From NCBI GenBank assembly GCA_032718475.1, contig JAUCBJ010001864.1, positions 77,427-141,426 on the forward strand: 64,000 bases of DNA, in the 5' to 3' direction. This DNA is from Nemertoderma westbladi. Taxonomy: Eukaryota; Animalia; Xenacoelomorpha. The notes below the pieces were generated by a model. It was not told the DNA's origin. It did not search any database and was given only the letters and a program-made list of their open reading frames with translations. Of the stretch, positions 35,689-46,557 are shown piece after piece; within the stretch, counting starts at the first letter, position 1, and each line of letters starts with the position of its first letter. Made by a program: the position numbers and the translations under genes.

Positions 35689-35822
35689 GCAAAATGGGTT
35701 GGGGTTTAGAGCAGAGTTGAGCCAAAAGCCAACAAACTCTGGAGTCACCTCCCATCTAACCTCTATTTTGTGCTTCATCTAGTAGAAACGTAACGATATG
35801 TAACCGCATATATTCGTATACG

Positions 35823-38800
35823 ATGGCGGAGAAGATGTATAAAGAGTTACGTCAAGGGTTTACGCAAGAACAGGAGCACCAGGCGCCATTCAATCGTTAT
35901 GGAGCTAAAAACTTTAGTGTGTTTGGAGTGGAGAGTATGGCTAGGAGTACGGCCAAGCTCGCTAAATCCAAGGCGGACCCGAATGTTAGCGACAGCGGTT
36001 GGACGCATACAACAAAAGAACGGAGGAATTACGCGCGGAATACAATGCGTTATATCCCTACGATGCGTTATGCGACGCTAGCGACATTTGCGAGGATCCA
36101 GACACCGAAATACGCCGATTGTATCATACGCTGCAATATTTGACGGTAAACAAACCTTTACCTGCAGCTAGAGACGAATTTGAAGGAATGCATCTTTATA
36201 GACGCGCTCGAGGAGCGGATCCAGAGACCAAGGACGCGTTTTCCGTATACAAACTGTTTTATAAATGTGGAGCGTGTATGCGCGAGCAAGACAACGCGAT
36301 TCCTATGCGGTTGAACTCGGAGAACCCCGAGCCGATATTAGCGCGATGTTCACACCACCAAAGTCTACGTTACCAAGAAGGCGGATACCCTTTGACAAAT
36401 CCGTATCATTCTTTTAAGATGAGTGGACCGAACGCGGGTGAGATCGTTATTTACGAACCTAAATTAGTCGAACCAGACGTCTACAGCATGGTAGTGGACG
36501 AGTCTAACAAGTCGACTCAAGAGAAACGGGAAGCTTTGAGCCTCTACAGGGCGTACAAGGCGTACGAGAAAGGCGAGATCGAGGAGTTCGGCGGAAGGCT
36601 CGCGAGCCTACCATTCTATTGGATATCCCACGATCAAACCGAACCCAAGGAGATGACACCCGAGCTCTTCGATAGTATCACCTTTGCTCAGCGTTTGTCG
36701 CAGAGACTACAGATACCTCACGTTGAGATGACGCGAGAACCTCAGCCCCATTCTACTGGAGCGATAGTATCGGTTGCGAGACCAACTAGTTTTCCTATTA
36801 GTATACCGACCCGGAAGGAGACAACTTACGAGATCCCTATAGTTGAACACCCGGAGATCATCTCGAACCTGGATTTCCTCCCATCGGTCACCTTCGGTGA
36901 TGTGTTAGAATCAACCGAGTTGCGTAAAGTAATAGTTCAAAAAATCGTACGCAACGTGCCTCCACATATCACGGACTTTAAGGAAGTGGATCGCGCGGGG
37001 ACGGATATCGCACCTTGTATCTTGCGAGGATATCTGACGAAAACGATTCGATTATGGATCGGAGTTGGGACGTTTGAGACCGACACCGATATCGCGACCA
37101 ATTGGACTGGTAAACCTATTAGTTTCGATGATGAAAAGTCGATCGGGAGAATTTGGAACCCTACCGATGATTTACTCGACGATTGGGACGTGACTAGCCG
37201 ATCTCTGAAAGAGAATGGATATATGTTTTACGATAATGAAGGAGGAAGCCATCAGCAAAGCCTCACTTCAAAGACGATACAGATTAGAGCACCAGATGGC
37301 GTGTTACATGTCTTCAGCCGACAGAGGAGTGATAGGAAGATGCCTATGCCGGAAGGAACGACGCAAAGACACGCGATGATAAAACGGATAGTTAAATCCA
37401 TGGACCTGGCTTGTAGCATAGAAGCTAGGATGTTGCCAAAGGCCGTGCGAGACGTTGTGTTGGATAAGAGCATCGTCAAGATCGGATCCGGTGTACGGGA
37501 TGACCTCATTAGCGACTTTGCAGGGATGCCCACGGAAGAGGACCGATTGCCTACGCCATACGTGGATACTAGACCATTGTTGCTTTGGGCTATTGAGCAA
37601 GGATACTTTAGAGAGTATAACATGCTAAAAACTGGGACGGGTTATATCTCATATCTGATGTTCAGTTGGGATTACAAGGAGAGTAAGAGGAACAAATACA
37701 CGGACGTATACGGAGAGGGAGATACCCCCGGCGTAAACGAGTTCGAGTCACAGTTGAAGTGGCGAGGTTGCGTGTATTGGGCGATTACTTCACCTCCGCG
37801 GATAATCTTGCAATACTATTTAGCGATAGAATCTTCGGTTAACGTTTGTTTCATCGCGGACGTAGTATCCAGAACCTTAAAGCGACACCCGTTATGTCTT
37901 GGCGAAGGACATACCTTTTACGATGGAGGAAGGACGCATACCGATGTATTCCGACGATTTCTCCAACCCTTTTATAACACCGATGCGCACTGCGAAGTTT
38001 TCACGCGAGCGGGACTTAGCGTTTTCAGGGACGTCTATCTCACTCACGCGGGAAGTCTAGTTGACAGACCGTCGATGTTAACGTTAGTACCCTATGACGG
38101 GGAACGCCACGCGGAATTCGAACGCCCGGAAGGATCCTGGAAGGCTCGCGAGCCTACCGCCCATCATGACGATGTGGATCCGACCGAGTTGGCGCTAATA
38201 GACGAACCGTTACGGCAACTCATAGAAATAGAAGAGAACCTTCCAAGGAAGACGCGAACTGAGATACGCGAGTTAGAGAAAAGCGATGCCATGGTTTGTG
38301 TACAACCTACGGAGACGAACATACCGACTGACCCGGATGATGAGAATTATCACGTGGACGGTAGCGCTCGCCCCATCGGAGACCTCATCTATGAGCGAGT
38401 TTGGTATCCTGCCAACACTATTTGTGGCAGATGTGGAGCAACTGGCCATCACGCAAAGAAGTGCGGAGCGAAGCACATATCTCTACCGGATTTAGTATGC
38501 AACTGGTGCGGGGATCAACGTTCGCACACTTTCTACACTTGCTGGCGTTTCGTGGCGCAGTGTACTTATTGTAATATTAAGGGCCATAGGGCATCTGAAT
38601 GTCAACTTAGAGACGTCCCCTATGAGCACATGTCAGTTAAAATCGTTCGACAATTATTCGACCATTGGGAGGATCTAGCAGACGAGCATGTATCGACGCA
38701 GCGACGCCGCTTCCCTATGAGAGCACATTTGGGATTTTGGGCCGTAAACCCTCTCATAATGTCAAAGGAAGGATATGTATCGGCTATGCCTCAGTACGAT

Positions 38801-39577
38801 GAATTGTTGGAGGTATTGGATATATTGCCGTTGGACAGTGGATTCAAAGTTGTGCGGGACTATTTCTTACAAGTGCACCCGGACAACAAGAATACTTAGA
38901 ACTTTCAAACTGTGGTGAACAAGATTACCGCCGGAGAATTCGATAAACTGCGAGTTGAACAGCGGAATCGAGGAGCCTGGCATTCGATAGCTTGGGCATA
39001 CCGGAGCGCATTTTATCACAAACGCGTAACCTCGTGCATTCTGGACGAGACCGACGTTTTGCGTGAGACTGGCTTCAAGGCCACGCCGTTAGCGGAGAAG
39101 ACGCGTCACCCACAGGATGATCAGCAATTTCGTATACTCAAAGCCCAGAAGGCCGGACAAGAGATTAAGAAGATAGTGAATGTCGCCGAGAGGACGACAT
39201 CGAAATCGCAAATCCGGATGACTCGGGGCACGGTTTCCCTTGCTAGAGAACCACACGGAGGGACAGGATACGCTTTGACTGAACCCATTAGGATTCAAAC
39301 GACGTCAGAGAGCGAGGTGTCAACGGACGGAACAGTCCTACCCTTTCGACTTCCTCCTAGCGTTGTAGAAACTCGATCCGATGTTAAGTCGACAGTTGGA
39401 ATCGGACGAGGATTTAGAGGATTGAGCGCACGACGGATGTGCGAAACTCCCGTCGTCCCCTTTCCTAGCGTTTTGGAACCACCGACGACTCGACGCCGAA
39501 GTCCGAGCCCAGTTCGACCTCGACCACCCCCCAATCGCACTAGAGGACGTGGACGAGCCCGCTCAGCGAAGGAATAG
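35823..39577 (+). CDS. Accessory ORF2 of the BEL element: putative DEDDy 3'-5' exonuclease plus CCHC zinc knuckles (core ORF 35999-38899; probable N-terminal frameshift and in-frame TAG at 38897)
   Basis: ISFDDE, TIQI, LPKAVRDVVLDKSIVKIGSGVRDDL, YVDT, W...P....QYYLAIE; then CGRCGATGHHAKKC, CNWCGDQRSHTFYTC, CTYCNIKGHRASEC. ORF 38912-39577 is in the same frame as the core ORF. Confidence 0.7.
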
Positions 39578-40236
39578 GAAGCGAGTGGAAGGAAGGCTTG
39601 CGAGCCTACCGATTTGGATATTATATTTGGATATTATATTTGGATGTTATATTTGGATATTATATTTGGATATTTTATTTGGATATTTATATTGGACATT
39701 ATGTTTGAACGTTGGGTTTGGAAGAACGAGATATGGAAAGGAAGGCTTGCGAGCCTACCGTTAGCAATTAGTGCTCAGGAGAAGATATCCAGACCAGCAG
39801 GACGAACTTTTAAGATCGTCAGGAGGACTCTTTAAGACTTATTTGAAGGATTTTAGCGCATTATGTTTATTTTATATTTAGACTGATTTAATTTGGTGAA
39901 TTTATTATGTATATTTACAATATATAAAGATTTATCGAAAGAGTTTGATTTATTTGTTTGATTTGTTTGATTTATTTGTTCTGATTTGTTTAATTTGCTT
40001 ACCTTGATAACCGAAAGCCTTTTTTTTGTATTTTAGGCACTAAAGTTAATTAGTAAATTTGTATTTGTATGTACGATCGATTGTATTTACGCCGTATCTG
40101 CAATATTAAATATGCAATAATTAGATAGTGATTATATTTTATATTTTAGGCCCTACCAGTAAATTTAGAAATAGTTTGTAAATATTTTATATTTCGATTG
40201 GTGAAAACAGTCTTACTTACTGTTTTCATGGAGCGG

Positions 40237-42510
40237 TGATGAATTATTTCACTATAAGATAGCATTTGTAGTTTAACTTTAACGTAAAAACTTTCGAAAA
40301 TCCGACGTATTTTGATTGAGTTACAGTAATGTAATATGCCTATTCATATTTGTACACATAAAACCCCTAGGTACTCTCGTGGCGTAGTGGTCAGATGGTT
40401 AAGGCGTTGGTTACATTACATAGGTTACGAGTTCGAATCCCAGTCGGGAAATTTGTATTTTGGGGCCATTTATTTTCGTTTGGTGCTAATTGGTAGGCCA
40501 ATGAGAAGCGTACAGCGTAGCGAATGATGAGCCAGGCCAATCATAGGGCATAAATTATCTTATTGCTCAAATGTGAGGTAGTGGAAAATTCTGTTAGGAT
40601 TCCATGTCCCAGATTGTAAGGGCCGGACTGCGTTGAACGATGAGCTGGGCCAATCATAGGGCACGAAGCACTTCATTGCTCAATTGTGAAGCTGTGGAAA
40701 ATTCTGTTTAGTTTCCATGTGCAATTTCTAGTATAAAAAGGCCGGTTTGCCTTCGGTTATCACCTTATATTATGTCACTTCTTACCACTTTGTAAAACTC
40801 TTATTTTGTAAAATTAGTTTATTCGGTTTCTTGTTGAAACTTTATTTGATAAATCCTTTTGTAAAACTGTAAATATACTGCAATTTCCTGACATGTTTTC
40901 TTTTGGTCCGACTTCGGGACAGCCGAACACCAGGGAGATGGCAGCCTAGATCGTTAGGCCGTAAGCAACGCAGGGAAGGGATGTCCACAACACGCTAGCG
41001 CCCACATTGGATCGACCGCGCACCCCCTTTGCCCCTTCGAAATACTCCACTTGCTATGCAGCGCCCGCTTTGTGAGAAGGTAAGACTTTGTTCGACGCCC
41101 TTGCCCGCCGTAAGACCTATAGATCAGGGTAAGCGTGACATCGTACTGGACGCCGCAAATTTAGGATCAAATAATTATATCCAGACACCCCCCCTTTGTC
41201 AAGTCCTACGAATCCCTGGGTTAACCTGTACTTCCTACAGGTGCGAACTATTGCCATTCGTCAGTACGCGAGTACATATTAGGTACGGACAGCACATGTT
41301 CCATAATTTAGTGATTCATAGCACTGACTGTTTGGTACCGGTTCGCTTTGTAGAACGTACATTAGTACCCCCCCCCCCCCCCCCCCCCTCTGTCTGGAGT
41401 TAGCTATTTGATCAGGCAAGGAGCATTTCTGCTACCGGCACACTGCTTGGCCTAGGGAGGTTTATTAATATCCTACCGCGCCTTGCCACGTACTGATAGG
41501 TATTGCTGCTAACTACCGCAGCAACAAAGTTCTAGAATTAAATTAGTATACCAGATCAGCTAACGTACGGTAGCGATTAAACCCTATTCTTATCTTACAA
41601 CCAGAATCTGGTATTAGTGCCGATCACGGGTGTAGTTACTAACACTGTGGTTGCCCATTGGGTTGTGGATAGGAAGGAGAGAGCTTTGACGTCATTTGTG
41701 AGTATAAAGTTCTACAAACGCGACTAGTTTATTTTAGTAGCTAGCGCACGGTATCATTTAGTCAGAAAATCACTAAAACCTAGTAAAAGGAATTACACGA
41801 AATTGTTTTATTTGTAACACACCCACACACACACGCCCTAAAACATATTGCCCTTAAAGTTCTACTAGCTATAGCGTACTATACATTACGTTAGGTGGAA
41901 ATTATCTGTATTTGTAAAATTAGGATCTGATTTAGTTGCGGCAAGATAAGGAGTATTTCACTTTCGTTATTAAACTGTTGTTTGTCTGGACAACGGTATT
42001 GTTACATTTAGGCCTGACCTTTTAGACTGATTTCGTACAGGGGGATCAGTTATTGTTACATTTAGGCACGACCTTTAGGCTGATTTCGACAGGGATGATC
42101 AGCATTGTTACACTAGGTCTGTTAACCACCTAGTTCGTATATAACCCATATAAATCACACCGCGGCAAGTTACTGTATTTAGGACTGTCAGTGATAGTTA
42201 GGATTCGCTGCGCGGGGATTGTTTTCCCGTGAGTTTGGTCTGTTACTGTAACTGTACATCTGCCTCACCGGTTAGAGGACAGGTATCCTTCTGTCTAGTA
42301 CGTAGGCATTAGACCCGCTCACGTACATAGAATAGATACAAGGCTCTGTTCCTCGCCAGTAGTCGTTTGTGTACTATATCTGTTTGTTTAGATATCCTGG
42401 ACTGGGATTTGTTGTCAGATACTGTACAAGCCCGTATACATTACTAGAGTCTCATAGTAAGATACATCGTTAGTAGGATCTGGTAAGCGGTATACTACTG
42501 GACCCTTACA
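40237..42510 (+). repeat. 3' LTR (2274 bp)
   Basis: Copy of 26446-28697, preceded by a short purine-rich GGAGCGG. Confidence 0.97.
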
Positions 42511-42515
42511 ATTAT

Positions 42516-43765
42516 TTCCATTTATGTTAATGAGTGCTGCTTTATTATCAAGTTTACAGTGACGGGACTAGCTACAACTGAATGTAAATAATTGTTTAAC
42601 GTGTACTGTAAAATCCATTATGGCGAAACGTCCACTAGAAGACACTAAAATGACCAAAGAAAATGGCTACAGTGTTCAGTAAAATTGAACGGACACAGAC
42701 GGTGACTAAGTTTGCTTCAGTCGACTATATACGTAGTCCAGATGGATTAATGATTATCACATCCATATAGGAGATAACTTCCAATAAACCATAATTAGAT
42801 TTAAATGTATAATTAATAATGTGTACCTGTTAATCAATTTCACTTATATTTGATATAGTACATGATTAAAATGTATAAAGGAGTATCCATAAAATGCTTT
42901 CATCACATACCGAACGCTGATAAGTTTAGATAATGTAACAAAATTACATACATCATTGCTTGCGAAGGTCACTTTTCAGCGTTAAAGACCCTTGTTTATT
43001 GATGTAAACCTCCCTCGCTGCGCTCGCTCGGTACATAAATAAACTCGGGTCATAATGCTGCAAAGTGCTACTTTGCACACAATGATGGACTGTAAATAGT
43101 TATTGTTACATTATGTCCACTTAACAGAGTTCTGCTGAATTACTCGTAACGCTGCAAAGTAATCAATAACCTGGAAAAACAACTTAAATTACCGTATTCC
43201 AGAATGTATTATTTCCATTTATATTAATGTGTGCTTCTTTATTCAATAAAGCAGCACGTTTTTGCATAATGCGTGCGTCCAGTTTGAAGTAACGGGACTA
43301 GCTACTGTATGTAAATAATTGTTTAATGTGTAAGACTTTTCATACGTCCTATAGAGAAGACATTTTAGAGAAAATGAGCAAATAATGGCGACTGTGTTCA
43401 GAAAAACTGAACGGACACAGACGGTGACTCAGTGGACGACGGATCAAAGATTTAACACATCCATGCATGACATAACAACAATAAACTTTAATTCGATATA
43501 AATGTTTAATTAATACTTTGTACCTGTTAATAAATTTCACTTATATTCGAAATAGTACATGATTAAAATGTTTAAATGAGCATCAATAAAATCCTTTCTT
43601 CACATACCGAACGCTGATAAGTTGACATAATGTAACAAAATTACATGTATGTAATTTATGTAAACCTCTCTCGCTGCGCTCGCTCGGTACATAAATAAAC
43701 TCGGGTCATGACGCTGCAAAGTGCTACTTTACACACAATGATGTTAATACAGTAGTTATTCTGTC
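42516..43765. repeat. Diverged tandem duplication (about 650-750 bp units); the first unit is split by the 16-kb LTR element
   Basis: 26290-26445 plus 42516-43100 aligns with 43105-43765, which retains the empty site CCAGAATGTATTATTTCCATTTAT. Confidence 0.85.
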
Positions 43766-44954
43766 CATTACTCAAAACGGAAACTTTAGCCAAACTTTGA
43801 CACTGATGATAAAGGCATTCTGTAACGTAGGCTATATAAGCATACTTTAAATGTTTTTCAAATAAAATAATATATTCGATATAAAAACGTAACACTCTTT
43901 CAATCACTTTTTAGCAAAATTAAGATATTCTCTTCTCGTGTGTTGAGTTTTACGCTTTTTGGCATAGGCATATGGGCACTCGTTTCGCTCGTATGTATTA
44001 GAAAGTTATCAACTCGAGAAAACTCGACCACTGTTATTATAATAATAGTCGAATATTCCTAAACAAAAAATAACATTGAAAAAAGCGCTGCTTTTCGAAT
44101 AGTTATTGTTATCGAATAATATTAATATATACCCGATCCTGTTCGGTAAAACGTATGTAACGTGGCAGCAGGCACAGAAAGATGAAATGGGATGTAGAAT
44201 TGATGGAACATCGGTAAAATTAAAGAAAAATAATTAATAATTAATTAAATTAATAACATTAAAGAGCATCCTACCTAATATTACAATATTACAAAAAATG
44301 ATTTACTATTACTTTACCATTTATTGGATAATACTGTACACGAATCTGGACCGAAATGGACCGAACTGAACGGAACTGGATCGAAAGAGTGGCGAACTGG
44401 ACCGAACTGGACCGCCAAATGAAAGATAATCTAAAAACAACCATCCATGCAAACAGGTGAAAATTTATATTGAATTTCAATTGGACTTTTCATACATTAT
44501 AAATTTAGTTGCATATAAGATGTCGCTAAATTAAGATTACTTGCTTCACATAAAACACTGCTGTACTCATTTTACCAGTAGGCCTACCAGTAGCAGGTAT
44601 CTGGGTTTATAGTGTTTATAGATTGCAGTATTTTGCGTACCGGTCAGCCGGTAGTTGTATTCAATGCAGCAATGAATGACAGTACCGGAAGCCAGAGTAC
44701 ACATGGTAAATTCGTTAAATATGTATATGTAATGTAATTCATTAAATTGAAATGTAGGCTACCGGTAAATAAATAAATATTGCATATAATAAATTTAAAT
44801 AAATAAATACAGAAATAGTAGTGCCAGATTTCTGGTGTTTGTTAAAAACACTGAACAGCAACAGCGGAACGATGCCGATCAGCCGATCCGGACTGCCGGA
44901 TCAGAAAGAGGGAGACGGAGTATATTAAATGGAAACCCTGTATCGATCGCAACC

Positions 44955-45150
44955 TGGGACGATGGTGGCGGAGTCTATTAAACCCGGGACGGTGACGGCG
45001 GGCTGGCGGAGCCTATTAAACCCGGAATGATGGCGACAGAGTTTATTAAACCCGGGAAGATGACAGTGGAGTTTATTAAACCCAGGACGATGACGGCGGA
45101 ATCTATTAAACCTAAAACGATGGCTTCGATTCTGAGTCTATTAAACATTT
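44955..45150. repeat. Degenerate 30-bp tandem repeat, about 6 copies
   Basis: Consensus approximately CCCGGGACGATGRCGGCGGAGTCTATTAAA. Confidence 0.8.
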
Positions 45151-46557
45151 TACTGGTTTGTGAGATCGACCTGCCAATACTAACTACTGCTTTCTCCGAA
45201 TTCCTAGTAATATATTTTGATCTTAATAATCTTAATGATCTACTATCGGGTGTGCGGTGGAGTTCTTTTCTTGAAGTCGGCTTTCCAGGCCGACTTCAGA
45301 TAACCCTTTGGGTTATGATATTGCTACCCCTTCTTGGTGCAACCGCAACCTATCCTGCACCAAACATCTGACGTCTCTGTTTGAGACAATTGTGGACTCT
45401 TCACACAATTTTAAAAACTTCCTCACTCTGAACTCACTCTAACTTCACTCTGAACTCACTCTAACTCCACTCTGAACTCACTCTAACTCCACTCTGCTCG
45501 CTCCCCACATTTGAATTGCACCCGTCTACATTCTCACGCGCCAACACCTCCTCTCCATAATTCCCTCGTACTGCTCTCATACTCCTCTCGGGACTTACCC
45601 CAGTCCATCGGCTTGTGGAAGACAAGCCTCATGAGCTGGCCCATCCCCACTGCTCCACAATGTCCTGTGTTCTCTACCACTCCCAAAGTGCCAGTTTTCC
45701 TTAGTCTTACCCCTGTCTGTGCTATTATCCTATCTACCTCGCTACTTACTTCTTACCCTTCTACTTACTATGTAACTCTCTTACTACTAACTCTATTAAC
45801 TCTACTAACTCCACTAACTCTACTAACTCTAACGGTACTATGAACCCTAATACTGCTACTACCTACATAATGCTACTACCTAATACCTACATACCACACC
45901 CTTCACTCTCTCACTACGTGGCGCTTTCGGTGCCCACAACCCCTCTGCTACTACCTCTATGGTATACTTACATACCATACCCTCTACTCTCTTTCTACAT
46001 GGCGCTTTCGGTGCCCACAACCCCTCCGCTACTACTTCTATGGTATACTTACATACCCATACCTTCTACTCTCTTTCTACATGGCGCTTTCGGTGCCCAC
46101 AACCTCTAACTCTCTCGGTACTATGTACCCCGCTCCTCTCGTGGTATGTACCCTGCTACTACTCGTGGTATGTCAATATACCACACTCCCTAACTTCTGC
46201 CTAGTTCTAACTCTAATGGTACTATGTACCCTCCTACTCCCGTGGTATGTTTATATACCACACTCCCTAATTTCAGCCTACTTCTAACTCTCCTCTTACT
46301 CTTACTAACTTCTACTAACTTTCTAACTAGTACTTCTTACTAACTTCTACTAACCTTCTAACTACTACTTCTTACTAACTTCTACTAACTTTCTAACTAC
46401 TACTTACTATCTAACTATCTACTACTATTACTTTCTAACTTTCTACTATCTCACTTCTTATTTTATTATTTTTATTATTTATTTTATTATTTGTGTGGGA
46501 AGGGCGTCTCACCCTCATTCCCACCCCCTCAGTCCAACACACTGGATGACTTAAACT

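Larger units (their letters stand above)
26446..42510 (+). mobile_element. BEL/Pao LTR retrotransposon, 16 kb, two LTRs, RNase H/integrase deleted, extra ORF
   Basis: TG...CA LTRs, 5-bp TSD ATTAT (26441-26445 and 42511-42515), BEL-type Gag-PR-RT polyprotein. Confidence 0.96.
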
